In this document: in pieces, positions 44,992 to 55,178 of the stretch
Layout: every line of letters starts with the position of its first letter
How positions within the stretch are numbered: position 1 is the stretch's first letter
DNA from: a virus
Lineage: Duplodnaviria; Caudoviricetes
DNA: 64,000 nt
IMG/VR virus record: IMGVR_UViG_3300024346_000003
Strand: one strand, 5' to 3'
Position numbers and translations under genes: made by a program
The notes under the pieces: generated by a model
The model's input: the letters and a program-made list of their open reading frames with translations, nothing else
Told to the model about the DNA's origin: nothing
Database searches by the model: none

Positions 44992-45642
44992 TTAATAGGT
45001 TAAATCTTTTTGTTCTTCACATATTGGACATATTTCATCTGGTCCACATTTACAAACAATATTGGTTGGTTCAATAAACTCTTCCAATATAATCTTTTCA
45101 CCAGATGGTGGTAGTTCAATGTTATTATGTGTTGCTACTTTTTTGTTTGAACCATTCTTTGGTGGTTTTACAATTTCAGATTTTGGTTTTTCTACAACTG
45201 TTACCACTTCATTACTTTTTTCAAGTAAATCAGTAGCACTCTCACCATCAATTTTTTCCATATCAATTAGTGCTGGAATAATATCTGGTTCATTAAAAGT
45301 GAATTTAAGCCTTTGTAATTTGGTGAAACTATTATCTTTAAAGATTTTTTGTAGTTCAACAACTTTCTCTTTTAACAAATCGTATTTTTTCTCTCTTTCA
45401 ATATTCAAATTAATAACTTCATGAACGTAGTCCAATAAATCATCAATATCTATATCATCGTTTTCACTAAAGAACATGTAGTAGTTTTCTTCACCATCAA
45501 CCTTTTCTTTGTGAATTAATTGGGACTCTGGTACTGTCCAACCTTCCTTTAAAATAGCATCTACCAACTGGATACCTTGTAGGTATCTAATACCTATAAC
45601 ATATGGTCTCAATGCATTTAATCTTTCTTGTATTTTTGACAT
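44992..45642 (-). CDS. Hypothetical protein with C-terminal Cys cluster
   Basis: Ends CKCGPDEICPIC. Confidence 0.75.
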   Translation of the reverse strand: MSKIQERLNALRPYVIGIRYLQGIQLVDAILKEGWTVPESQLIHKEKVDGEENYYMFFSENDDIDIDDLLDYVHEVINLNIEREKKYDLLKEKVVELQKIFKDNSFTKLQRLKFTFNEPDIIPALIDMEKIDGESATDLLEKSNEVVTVVEKPKSEIVKPPKNGSNKKVATHNNIELPPSGEKIILEEFIEPTNIVCKCGPDEICPICEEQKDLTY

Positions 45643-45655
45643 ATTCTTATTTTAT

Positions 45656-45871
45656 TTATTTAATGAATACACCGTAAACTATTGTTGAGACAACATAACC
45701 AATTGCAATACTTAATACCCACAGTGATTTATTACTAACTTTGTATTTTTCTGGTGATTCGCTATCAGATTTTAACCAGGCCTGAATAAAATAATAAGCA
45801 TGTCTAAATACATTTAAACAAGCCATGGCTAAAATCATTAATAATAACTTATTGATTAAACTTATCAACAT
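45656..45871 (-). CDS. Small membrane protein
   Basis: Two hydrophobic segments. Confidence 0.65.
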   Translation of the reverse strand: MLISLINKLLLMILAMACLNVFRHAYYFIQAWLKSDSESPEKYKVSNKSLWVLSIAIGYVVSTIVYGVFIK

Positions 45872-45872
45872 A

Positions 45873-46055
45873 TTACAACTTTGTTTCTTTCTTCATTGAT
45901 GAAACTTTATTTCTAACAGCTTTTGCTGCATTAATAACATCTCTCATTGTTTTACTAACTCTAGTTCCAGCAGTTTTATTACCTTTTTCCACAAATTTAG
46001 CAACATCACCCTCAAGTGATTCAATTAACGCTTTTAAATCTTCAAATTCTTTCAT
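45873..46055 (-). CDS. Histone H1-like (Hc1-type) nucleoid protein of Bacteroidota type
   Basis: KFVEKGNKTAGTRV...KAVRNKVS. Confidence 0.75.
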   Translation of the reverse strand: MKEFEDLKALIESLEGDVAKFVEKGNKTAGTRVSKTMRDVINAAKAVRNKVSSMKKETKL

Positions 46056-46066
46056 TTTTACTTTTT

Positions 46067-46279
46067 TTATTCATTATTATTATTATTAGTTGGTGCAGTG
46101 TATGCTCTCCATCTATCAATCATTTGTTCTGTTTCAATAATTTTACCCAAATGATATTTTATTGTTTGGATTCGCTCTTCAACGTTATCTTTACCGTTAA
46201 TAGCTAATTCCATAGCTTCCTCATGTTTCATAACATCAGATGCTAAGTCAGTTAAAACTATGTTTATTATCCTACTCAT
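46067..46279 (-). CDS. Hypothetical protein
   Basis: 70-aa ORF. Confidence 0.65.
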   Translation of the reverse strand: MSRIINIVLTDLASDVMKHEEAMELAINGKDNVEERIQTIKYHLGKIIETEQMIDRWRAYTAPTNNNNNE

Positions 46280-46331
46280 ATTTCAAATATAAGGAAATGT
46301 TTTATAGAAATAAATAGATAATCGTGTTTTT

Positions 46332-46805
46332 TTAGCTATTTTTTAAGGATTTATCAAAAATATTATAAATTTCAATAAAGCTATCAACATCAGCTCTACT
46401 TTTTGTACCCTTATAATTGAAAATGTGAACCCACAAATTTATAATATTATCTTTAACATGTGGGTTATTATCTTTACCATCTAAATTGTAGAAAATCTCT
46501 AACATGAAATCTTTGAAATAAGATTCTAATTCTTCATTATGTTGGAACTCTATCGATTCTTTTTTAAAATTCTCAATGTTTTTATTCCAACACCAATCAA
46601 AATGTTTCATTCTTAATTCCTGATTGGTTATATCATCACCCATATATGTATCAAATGATAAATGTAATAATGATAATATAAAATCTAAGTATAAAGTAAC
46701 TCTATTATATTTAACATTATTTGTTGAGTATAAAATAGTTATACTATCGTCACTAAGTGGTGTTGCAATGTAGTTCATAAATTTCATCTTATTTTTATCA
46801 CTCAT
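46332..46805 (-). CDS. Hypothetical protein
   Basis: 157-aa ORF. Confidence 0.75.
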   Translation of the reverse strand: MSDKNKMKFMNYIATPLSDDSITILYSTNNVKYNRVTLYLDFILSLLHLSFDTYMGDDITNQELRMKHFDWCWNKNIENFKKESIEFQHNEELESYFKDFMLEIFYNLDGKDNNPHVKDNIINLWVHIFNYKGTKSRADVDSFIEIYNIFDKSLKNS

Positions 46806-46921
46806 TCTATTTATATTTTACACAATATAATTAATTTCTATATAAAAATAAATATTAAAAATAATTACTTAAAAATTTGGTTTATTGATAAAGATTAATT
46901 ATATTTGTTAAAAAGATAATT

Positions 46922-47350
46922 ATGGTAACAATACTTAAAATTAAAAATGATAGTGATTCTGAGGTAAACTTTAGAATCAATCAAGATTTTAAAGATATTA
47001 ACGGGTTCTCAGTTTTTGATAGGATGTTAGTTAAAGATAGTGACTGTGGTGAATTTGAATATTTGTATTTGTTCCTTAATCAAGTTGAATTAAATTCATT
47101 TATAAATATAGCCTTGGCTGAAGACACAACTATATTTTATAAATATGATTTTACTGATGACTTAATAAATATTATCATTAATAACAAATTAGATGAGTTT
47201 AAATCTGAATTTGAATTGGAATTTGATTTTGATGAATTATTAGGTTTATTTTATGATGAATCAATCACTAAAGATATAGTTTTAGATAAGATATGTTTTA
47301 GTGGTAAAAATTCATTAAATGAATCTGATTATAATATATTAGACCAATAA
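46922..47350 (+). CDS. Acidic hypothetical protein
   Basis: 142-aa ORF; TATATTTG upstream. Confidence 0.7.
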   Translation: MVTILKIKNDSDSEVNFRINQDFKDINGFSVFDRMLVKDSDCGEFEYLYLFLNQVELNSFINIALAEDTTIFYKYDFTDDLINIIINNKLDEFKSEFELEFDFDELLGLFYDESITKDIVLDKICFSGKNSLNESDYNILDQ

Positions 47351-47374
47351 AAAAAGCCCCAAACGGGGCTTTTT
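47348..47374. terminator. Bidirectional terminator
   Basis: AAAAGCCCC-AAAC-GGGGCTTTT. Confidence 0.85.
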
Positions 47375-47395
47375 GTTATTTATAAATTTTTATAC

Positions 47396-49042
47396 TTATT
47401 CAGCAACTTTAGAATCAGCTTTTTTCTTTCTTAGATATTCTACAACATCTTTTGTTTGTGTTGATGCACCAGCAGCTGTATCAAATAAACCACCTGGTGC
47501 TGTTGCTCTTACCAGTACTCGGCTATATTTTGCAAACCAATCGTTTTCATTTTCAGCTTCCATAAATGATTTTTCTAATTCTTGACCTTCTGGAGTTTGT
47601 AATCCTTTTTCTATACCTCTATCAAATCCACCAATACCGCTTCCAACTTTTCTAAAAAAATCACCAACTTTACCTTCTTCCATTGTTCCATCATCAGCTA
47701 AATCAGAAAATACTTCATCGAATCTATCCATTTGAGGCATTTCACCCATTTCAGCCATAGGTGCAGCTGATTGATTATCTTGTAGTTCTTTATCAACTAA
47801 GGCAACCATTCTATCCATTAATGTTTTGAATTGACCAGATGATTGATTACCAGCTTGTGCTAAAAAGTCACTAATCTTAGTAATTAATGAATCAAAAACC
47901 ATTTTTTCACCTGTACCCATTTTTGATACATCTTGTTTAAGAATTGACATCATGTCACCTTTAATTTTTGCTTGGTTTACTGGTGCTGCCGCATCCATAG
48001 TACCTGTAGCATCCATTTCGTACATAGCTTCATCTTTTCTAAGTGCATCCATATCTTCTGGTTCAAATGGTGTACCATCTTGGTCACCTTTATCGAATGC
48101 ATCTAATTGTTTAGGTGACCAATCACCCATACCTTCAGATAATAAAGTTTTTGTTTTGTCCCAGATTTTGCTGAAATTTTTATCTTCAGCTAATCTTTCA
48201 GCACCTTTTAAGTTTCCAAAAGTTTCTTTAGAATTATAACCCATTAGGTGTTTCATTTTTTGAACGTCTTCGTTAACTAATGTGGCATCAGATGCTATTA
48301 ATACAACTCCCTTACCTTCGTTTAATGAACCTTCCCATCTTACCTTATATGATTCATTACCATCACTCATTTCAAATACCTTGTTATCAACTTTATAGTT
48401 TTCAGGTATTAAATTTAATGCATTATTAACGCCATTGAAAGGTTTCTTAAATTTAAGTCTTTTCATTTTTTCAGATTCTTTTATTGTTTCTTTATTATTT
48501 TTTGTATTTTCCATTGCGTATGCTTTATGAGATTTATCTGTAACAACTTCCCAGTCATCACCAAACATTTTAGTAGTTGGTGTATCGTCACTTCTTCTTT
48601 TAGCTGACGCTTTGATTGCTTTAACTAATTTTTTACCGAATTCTGGGTCACCACCTTGACCAGCAGCCACAACATTAGCCCACTCTGGGTTATTACCCAT
48701 TCTTGTTGAACCTTCGATTGCCTCTTCAGCTCTTTTTGTATATTCTTCACTAGGTGTTCTATCGTACTGAATCATTTCCTGACCATTCATGATTTCCATT
48801 TCCTGGTGGTATTCTTCTTCAGAATCGTCTGTATAATTAAATTTTACGGGTTTAATAGCGTCTTTCGTTGCTTTTTTAGATTCCTTATCATAATTAGATA
48901 ATTCAGTCCCCATATCTTTAATAGCTTTTTTATTTTCTTTACCACTATCAGCTTTAGCCTTATTTGTAACATCAAGGCCAGGTACCTTCGCTTCGTTAAC
49001 GAAAGTCTGATTAAGTAAATCTTTTATATTATTCTTATCCAT
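47396..49042 (-). CDS. Large acidic putative head/internal virion protein
   Basis: 548 aa; many L/I/V-x-E sites; ATATTTAT motif upstream. Confidence 0.65.
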   Translation of the reverse strand: MDKNNIKDLLNQTFVNEAKVPGLDVTNKAKADSGKENKKAIKDMGTELSNYDKESKKATKDAIKPVKFNYTDDSEEEYHQEMEIMNGQEMIQYDRTPSEEYTKRAEEAIEGSTRMGNNPEWANVVAAGQGGDPEFGKKLVKAIKASAKRRSDDTPTTKMFGDDWEVVTDKSHKAYAMENTKNNKETIKESEKMKRLKFKKPFNGVNNALNLIPENYKVDNKVFEMSDGNESYKVRWEGSLNEGKGVVLIASDATLVNEDVQKMKHLMGYNSKETFGNLKGAERLAEDKNFSKIWDKTKTLLSEGMGDWSPKQLDAFDKGDQDGTPFEPEDMDALRKDEAMYEMDATGTMDAAAPVNQAKIKGDMMSILKQDVSKMGTGEKMVFDSLITKISDFLAQAGNQSSGQFKTLMDRMVALVDKELQDNQSAAPMAEMGEMPQMDRFDEVFSDLADDGTMEEGKVGDFFRKVGSGIGGFDRGIEKGLQTPEGQELEKSFMEAENENDWFAKYSRVLVRATAPGGLFDTAAGASTQTKDVVEYLRKKKADSKVAE

Positions 49043-49085
49043 AATATCTTTTTATATAAATATGTAATTAATTCAAAAAAAACGA

Positions 49086-50873
49086 TTATTCACCTTGTTT
49101 TTTACCCAAACTAGGAGCGTTAACATTACTTTTGGTTTTTCTTAATTTCACAACATTATCTGATGCGCCAGTTGAACAACCACCATTCTGTGCTTCTTTA
49201 TTATTATTTAATTTAGTACAGTCATCGAATTCCACAAATTCACCACCAGCCCATTGTGTTTTATCAGTTGCTGATTCACCTACAATTGTACCGCCTGGCC
49301 AAATTGGTGTTTCCTTTTTCATACTTACAGGTGCTTTACCTTTTTTACCAGAAGTACCCATTGATTTTTGTTTACGACTAGCTAGTTCATTGTTGATAGA
49401 TGCAATCTCAGATTCATTACCTTGATATCTAGAAAGATTTATTTTCATATCTGTTAAGGCATCGTTAGAATATTCTGAAAAGTTTGAATCAGTTTCTTCT
49501 TCTACACTTTTCTTTAAAGTGTCTAATGCTTCATATATTTTATTTTGTGCTGGGTTGTGGTTAATATTTAACATGTCAGCAATCATTGATAATTTTTCAC
49601 CACTAGTATATATATCACTAAAGTATATTTTTTCAATAGTATCTAATTCAGCCATTGAGTTATTTACCACGTCCCAAAACATATCAGTAGTAATACCTAA
49701 TTCATCAGCAATTTCATCGTAAATATCACCACCATTCTCTCTAAGTTTACCAACTGGGTATCCACCACCTTGATTAGAAAATACTGCACCAGAACCACCC
49801 ATAGACGTTGTTTCATCAACCTCTACTTCGTCTAGACCTGATGTCATACCTTGACCTCTTTCTGCATCCATCCAAGATTGTTTAGCAGCGTTACCAGTTT
49901 CTTTCCAGTCTAAGAATTTTTCATTAGCTATATCAGCTCTACCGAATCTACCAGGTGTTAAATTAATAAAGATAGGGTCTTCACCGTACAAGCTTTTAAA
50001 TCTAGATATGTATCCAGCAAAATTGTGAACCATTTTAGGTCCTTGCACTTGGTGGTCAATAAAATCTTCTTTTGAGAACATTATTAAGCTAGCGTCAGCA
50101 GTATCTAAACTTGGTAATTTTGGTTCCATTCTAACGGTATAATCGCCCATTTCACGTCTGGTGTCTGGTAAACTTTTAAATGGTTCGTAGTTTAAAATAT
50201 CTAAACCTACAACACCATTTTGATTATTAACATCTTCATCACCTTCTTCTTTAATCGGCATCTCACCAGTTTCACCTCTTCTTTGTAATTCTAACGCTCT
50301 TCTTCTTTTAATTTCATTATGTTTTTCTTCGTCAGAGAATTGGTTGGTAGGTTCTTGTGTTAGTTGTTGTTTTAATGATTGTGTAATACGGTCATATTCA
50401 TTTTCCATATGTTCCATAGCCATATATGGGCTACCACATTCATGTAGTTTATTTAAACCACTACTGATAACATCTTTAGCTGTATTTTTATCACCATCAA
50501 ATTTAGTTTTAGATAGCTTTCTATTTTCAACATAACCACATGCTTCCATTAATTTAATTAATTTTTCATATAGATTATTACCAGATTCATTTAAACCATA
50601 TAGTTCATTAACAAATTCTTTCCATAACCCTTCAGATTCCTTAAATACACCTTTAATCTTAGTTTCAGAATTAACATTTTGTCTATAATCTTTACCAGCT
50701 TTTGTATCTACCTTACTTATTGAGTTGGCTATTTGTGGTATTACAGCACCTTCACCTAAACCTTCATGCTTTAATATAGCATTATATTGCGCTTCGGTAA
50801 TTCTTAATACTTTAGGTTTGTTTAAATTTTCAAGCATTAAAGCTTGTTTTTGCGTTATTTTAATTTTAGCCAT
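49086..50873 (-). CDS. Large acidic putative head/internal virion protein
   Basis: 595 aa; KIKITQKQ...LRITEAQY leader; repeated x-x-E linkers. Confidence 0.65.
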   Translation of the reverse strand: MAKIKITQKQALMLENLNKPKVLRITEAQYNAILKHEGLGEGAVIPQIANSISKVDTKAGKDYRQNVNSETKIKGVFKESEGLWKEFVNELYGLNESGNNLYEKLIKLMEACGYVENRKLSKTKFDGDKNTAKDVISSGLNKLHECGSPYMAMEHMENEYDRITQSLKQQLTQEPTNQFSDEEKHNEIKRRRALELQRRGETGEMPIKEEGDEDVNNQNGVVGLDILNYEPFKSLPDTRREMGDYTVRMEPKLPSLDTADASLIMFSKEDFIDHQVQGPKMVHNFAGYISRFKSLYGEDPIFINLTPGRFGRADIANEKFLDWKETGNAAKQSWMDAERGQGMTSGLDEVEVDETTSMGGSGAVFSNQGGGYPVGKLRENGGDIYDEIADELGITTDMFWDVVNNSMAELDTIEKIYFSDIYTSGEKLSMIADMLNINHNPAQNKIYEALDTLKKSVEEETDSNFSEYSNDALTDMKINLSRYQGNESEIASINNELASRKQKSMGTSGKKGKAPVSMKKETPIWPGGTIVGESATDKTQWAGGEFVEFDDCTKLNNNKEAQNGGCSTGASDNVVKLRKTKSNVNAPSLGKKQGE

Positions 50874-50875
50874 GG

Positions 50876-51130
50876 TTATGAACTTTTATTTTTTAAATCA
50901 TTTCTCCAGAAACCTCTTCTAGTCCATAGAGTTTTATATAATTGAGTAAGGACATTTTTAGTTATTTCAACTATCTTATCTTCCAAATCTTTATCATCTT
51001 TTAATTTATCTTTGATGATTTTCTCAATTTTATTTTTAAAGGTTGCAGAATCAATAAACGCAGTGATTTCTTTAGTAACATCTTTTTTACCAAATTCCTC
51101 ATTTAATTTTTGCTTTATTATGTTCTTCAT
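50876..51130 (-). CDS. Small protein with IIKQKLNE leader
   Basis: 84-aa ORF. Confidence 0.7.
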   Translation of the reverse strand: MKNIIKQKLNEEFGKKDVTKEITAFIDSATFKNKIEKIIKDKLKDDKDLEDKIVEITKNVLTQLYKTLWTRRGFWRNDLKNKSS

Positions 51131-51163
51131 TTTGTTTTTAATAATAAATATTTGATTAATAAT

Positions 51164-51188
51164 AAAAAAACCCCTTAATAGGGGTTTT
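51164..51188. terminator. Intrinsic terminator
   Basis: AAAACCCC-TTAATA-GGGGTTTT. Confidence 0.8.
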
Positions 51189-51208
51189 AATAAATTATTT
51201 TAATTAAA

Positions 51209-51673
51209 TTATTTCAATAATACTAATGCGGTAACAACTGGAAGTATAATCGCACTACTAAATCCGACTATTTTTAACACCTTTTGTTTCCTAATCTCTT
51301 TTTTTTGTTGTTTTATAATCATATCTTTATAACTAATTTCAGTATCTTTATTTTTAATAATTTCTTCTAAATTAGCTATTCGCATTTCTTGATTTTCTGA
51401 TTTCTCAGTTAATTTAATAATTGCTTCTTTCTGTAAAATGATTATTTTACTTTTTTCATTATCTTTAGCTTCATATTCTTTAACTAAGCTATCCGCTATT
51501 TGATAATTTAATATGTCAGTTAAAATACTTTTAGCGTCATCTAATCTCATTGCGATTAGTGTGTCGCCAGTTTCATTTACGAACGCCTTTACCTGACCTT
51601 TTTTTAATGTAATTTGTGAATTCGCTGGCAACGTCATCAGCATTAAGAACATTAACCCTATTAGATGTTTCAT
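51209..51673 (-). CDS. Signal peptide + coiled coil + C-terminal TM (spanin-like)
   Basis: Topology by inspection; overlaps the upstream TM coiled-coil ORF. Confidence 0.5.
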   Translation of the reverse strand: MKHLIGLMFLMLMTLPANSQITLKKGQVKAFVNETGDTLIAMRLDDAKSILTDILNYQIADSLVKEYEAKDNEKSKIIILQKEAIIKLTEKSENQEMRIANLEEIIKNKDTEISYKDMIIKQQKKEIRKQKVLKIVGFSSAIILPVVTALVLLK

Positions 51674-51956
51674 TTTGTTTATTTTTTAAATCATTTATTC
51701 TGTTATCATATTGTACAATCAATTTTTCAGTTATTCTAATTATACCATATATTTTTTCCAATTCTTTATCAATCTTTTGGTTTACTATCTTTAAACTATC
51801 ATTACTATGTAGTAACTCTTTATTTTTTTGATGTAAAACTTTAATCTCACCTTTATAAGTTTGTATTTTTTTATTCGGTTGGAATATCGTAAATATGACC
51901 AATAAAGATGCTAATATTATTATAATAATTGATTTTGTGTCTAAAGTTTTAAGCAT
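51573..51956 (-). CDS. N-terminal TM + coiled coil (i-spanin-like)
   Basis: Topology by inspection. Confidence 0.5.
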   Translation of the reverse strand: MLKTLDTKSIIIIILASLLVIFTIFQPNKKIQTYKGEIKVLHQKNKELLHSNDSLKIVNQKIDKELEKIYGIIRITEKLIVQYDNRINDLKNKQNETSNRVNVLNADDVASEFTNYIKKRSGKGVRK

Positions 51957-52470
51957 TTCTAACGTTTGTAAAATTTTCAGTGTTCAACTTAGTTGACCAA
52001 TCTTTATACCAGTTTTGGTAGTACTTATACAAAGCACTTAATGTTTTCATTACATTTTCATCTAATTTAATGTCAGAACTTTGAGCCCCTTCTGGTGCTG
52101 TAGTAATAACTAAACCTAAACTAGCGTTTTTATTCATTGAGAACCCAATATCGTAAGCATCTAAAATTCCAGTCATTTTAACATCACCTTCATTTGCGCC
52201 AGATTTTGGTGTAATTGAAAAGCTAGTAAATCTAACATCGGATGATACAGTTTGCATAAACGATTCTTTATCAGCTTTCCAAAATCCAGAAATACTACCC
52301 TCAACATTTTGTTCTTCACCATTTTTAAGGATAATGATTTCTTGTGGTGCTTGTTCGTTATTCATACCCATAGATTGCTCTGCTTGATTTGGTTCAACAG
52401 ATTCTCTAACTAATTTAACTGACCTCATTGTGTCAATCATTGATTTAGTCATGTCGTGTTCATTTATCAT
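51949..52470 (-). CDS. Hypothetical protein
   Basis: 173-aa ORF. Confidence 0.75.
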   Translation of the reverse strand: MINEHDMTKSMIDTMRSVKLVRESVEPNQAEQSMGMNNEQAPQEIIILKNGEEQNVEGSISGFWKADKESFMQTVSSDVRFTSFSITPKSGANEGDVKMTGILDAYDIGFSMNKNASLGLVITTAPEGAQSSDIKLDENVMKTLSALYKYYQNWYKDWSTKLNTENFTNVRNA

Positions 52471-52476
52471 TTCTAT

Positions 52477-53085
52477 CTAATTTTCTATTTGTTCTTTAAT
52501 ACCAGCAAAATCCCAAGATGGGTTAACATCTGTAAAGTAAGTATTTAAATTACTCTTATATAAAATACCCTCATATGAATACCCATTACTTATTTTAGTA
52601 TTATGGTGTATGACATTTTTAGGTATTTCAAAATCATTACACAATTTATTAATTAAATAAACTGTGGAATCTAGTTGTTTTTGACTATATGGTGACCAAT
52701 ATTTATTATGTCGCCATTTTTTAACAAAAACCTCGTCAATTCTATTATAAATATTACCAACATAGGTAATGTATCGATTTTCATCATTTAAATCTTTAAT
52801 TAACCAACCTTCGTTTTCTAATAATATTGTAATTGTTGATTCATCAAAATCTTTTTTATCAATTATTTCTGAACTGTATTTTGGGTTGAAGTGTTCGTAT
52901 ATTTTACCATCTATAGCAATAGTATACATCGATGTTTTTTTATATTTACCATTATACCTATTTAACCAACCATTGTAATGATTCATATCAATAGAAAAAG
53001 AATTGCCTATGACAATTCTTTTTTTAGTTGTTTCCACATTTAAATAGTGACTTTCTTCTAGTTTATATGTTTCTTTATCAATCAT
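52477..53085 (-). CDS. Amidase_2-fold protein with degenerate Zn ligands
   Basis: YTIAIDGKIYE, YSQKQLDS...LCNDFEIP; HH replaced by GN. Confidence 0.6.
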   Translation of the reverse strand: MIDKETYKLEESHYLNVETTKKRIVIGNSFSIDMNHYNGWLNRYNGKYKKTSMYTIAIDGKIYEHFNPKYSSEIIDKKDFDESTITILLENEGWLIKDLNDENRYITYVGNIYNRIDEVFVKKWRHNKYWSPYSQKQLDSTVYLINKLCNDFEIPKNVIHHNTKISNGYSYEGILYKSNLNTYFTDVNPSWDFAGIKEQIEN

Positions 53086-54242
53086 AAATGTTTCTTTTTA
53101 AAGAAAACCTTACCTGGTTCATTGTCCCTAACCTCTTTATTAGAACCTATTCTTTCAACACTATTATTTGATTTTCTATCTGGGATATTAACACTAAACC
53201 CTCGGTTGTTTCTTTCTGGTAAATCTTCAACCGTTATTGTTCTTTCTTGTGGTTTAGGTTCTTCAACTATATCCATAGCTGATAAAATACCAGTTCCATC
53301 TGGTGGTGACATAGATTGGATTGCTAATAGTTCGTCTAGCATTTCAAATTCTTCTTCATTTACTCCCTCACTTGCTCCTTCATTTACTCCCTCACTTGCT
53401 CCCTCATTTACAGCATTACTTACAGCATCATTTACAACATCACTTACAGCATCATCTTTACCATTAATAATTTTATTAAATATGATAATCATTAGAATTG
53501 CCATTGGGTCACCGATAACGATTAATAATAGTATAAACCATTTCATTACATTATCCATTGATGAACCAGTAACATCAGCTAAGTATTTTAATGGGCCTAA
53601 TTCACTAGACATTGCAGCATTGGTTTCAAGTTCAACCTTTGATTCAGATAAAACGTTAATAACTGAATCAGCTGAATTTAAATCATTAGTTAATCTAATC
53701 TCAGTATCGGTAGCAATCTTTAATTGACTCTCAAATGCCTTTCTATTACCAGTTGATGAGCTTGTTATAACGGTTCCACTTCTATCAACTCTAGTCTGAG
53801 TATTATTACCCAATGCTGTTCTTAACTGAGAAACACTTTTTTGTGTTTGAACTAATTGTGAATTGATTGATTCCCTAGATTGTTCTTTTAATTTAATTTT
53901 GGTATCAATTAACGTAATTTCCCTATCAACACCATCTGATTTTGCTGAATTCTTTTGGTATCCTGAACTTAAGAACCCATAAACACCCATAGATGTTATA
54001 ATCATTGCGATTATAATACCTAATGATAACAAACCATTGTATACCCAACCTATTTTCTTACCATAGGTGTGTATTGCTGATGTTGCAATTATTTTAGATA
54101 TCTCAATCGCTGAAAAGAATAATAATCCTAAAAATCCAGCACCACTGAATACTGTTAGTAACCCACTTATTGATACGTAGGCTACTGTGGCTGCTAATGT
54201 AACAGCCATTAATAAAATGAAATATAATAATACTTTCTTCAT
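53082..54242 (-). CDS. Multi-TM plus long coiled-coil protein
   Basis: Three N-terminal TMs, ELGPLKYLA...TM. Confidence 0.75.
   Translation of the reverse strand: MKKVLLYFILLMAVTLAATVAYVSISGLLTVFSGAGFLGLLFFSAIEISKIIATSAIHTYGKKIGWVYNGLLSLGIIIAMIITSMGVYGFLSSGYQKNSAKSDGVDREITLIDTKIKLKEQSRESINSQLVQTQKSVSQLRTALGNNTQTRVDRSGTVITSSSTGNRKAFESQLKIATDTEIRLTNDLNSADSVINVLSESKVELETNAAMSSELGPLKYLADVTGSSMDNVMKWFILLLIVIGDPMAILMIIIFNKIINGKDDAVSDVVNDAVSNAVNEGASEGVNEGASEGVNEEEFEMLDELLAIQSMSPPDGTGILSAMDIVEEPKPQERTITVEDLPERNNRGFSVNIPDRKSNNSVERIGSNKEVRDNEPGKVFFKKKHL
53355..53455. repeat. 24-nt coding tandem repeat (VNEGASEG)
   Basis: ttcatttactccctcacttgctcc twice plus degenerate 12-nt units. Confidence 0.75.
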
Positions 54243-54258
54243 ATTAATAAATATTCGG

Positions 54259-55101
54259 TTATTTGTTTAAGATATCATGTAAGTCACTTGAGTTAAATCT
54301 AAGTTTTCTTATTGCTCTTTCTTTAATTTGTCTAATTCTTTCTTTTGTTAATTTAAACTTCTCACCAATAGCTTCTAATGTCATAGGTTCGTAATCACTA
54401 TTTAAACCATAATAACAATCAATAATTACTCGTTCTCTTGCTGAGAGTATTGATAGAGTTTTCTCAAGTTCAAATTTAACAACTTCATCAACTTCGTAAA
54501 AGTTATCTTCAACAATATTTCCTGGGTTTTCAATTAACTCATATAATTCTGAACCATCTTCAGTTACAGTTTCATTTAATGATTTACAACTTGGTAACTC
54601 CATTTCTACAAATGTTTCAGAATCAGTATCTTCAAATAAGATATCGCCATATACTGGTTCTCTCTCATTTTCAAACTTAAACTTTTCGATTTCTTTTTTT
54701 AACGATGCTAGTTTATTGATAACATTAGACGGGAGTCTAATAATTCTCGCATTATCATTTAAACTTTGTATTATAGATTGTCTAATCCACCATACACCAT
54801 AAGATATAAATCTAAACCCTCTAGTGTGGTCAAATCTATTTGCAGCTTTAATTAAGCCGTAATTCCCTTCATTTATTAGGTCACTTAATGGTAGACCCTG
54901 ACCTTGATAGTCTTTTGCGATTGATATCACAAATTTTAAATTGGCGAATACTAATTCATCGATTGCCTTCGTATCACCTTCTTTTATTTTTTTTGCCAGT
55001 TCAACTTCTTGTTCTGGTGTTATAACTTTTGATTTCCTTACTTCTTTAAAGTATTTAGTTACAGTATCATTTCCACTTAAATTAATATAATTTTTGCTCA
55101 T
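54259..55101 (-). CDS. RNA polymerase sigma-70 factor, Bacteroidota primary-sigma-like (no region 1.1)
   Basis: ANLKFVISIAKDY, DLINEGNYGL, RFISYGVWWIRQSI, TLEAIG...TKERIRQI. Confidence 0.92.
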   Translation of the reverse strand: MSKNYINLSGNDTVTKYFKEVRKSKVITPEQEVELAKKIKEGDTKAIDELVFANLKFVISIAKDYQGQGLPLSDLINEGNYGLIKAANRFDHTRGFRFISYGVWWIRQSIIQSLNDNARIIRLPSNVINKLASLKKEIEKFKFENEREPVYGDILFEDTDSETFVEMELPSCKSLNETVTEDGSELYELIENPGNIVEDNFYEVDEVVKFELEKTLSILSARERVIIDCYYGLNSDYEPMTLEAIGEKFKLTKERIRQIKERAIRKLRFNSSDLHDILNK

Positions 55102-55178
55102 TCATAATTAATAATCTTAATTGTTATCTGTCTAACGACATATAAATATAACGATTTTTTTTGTAAAAGTAAACAAAT

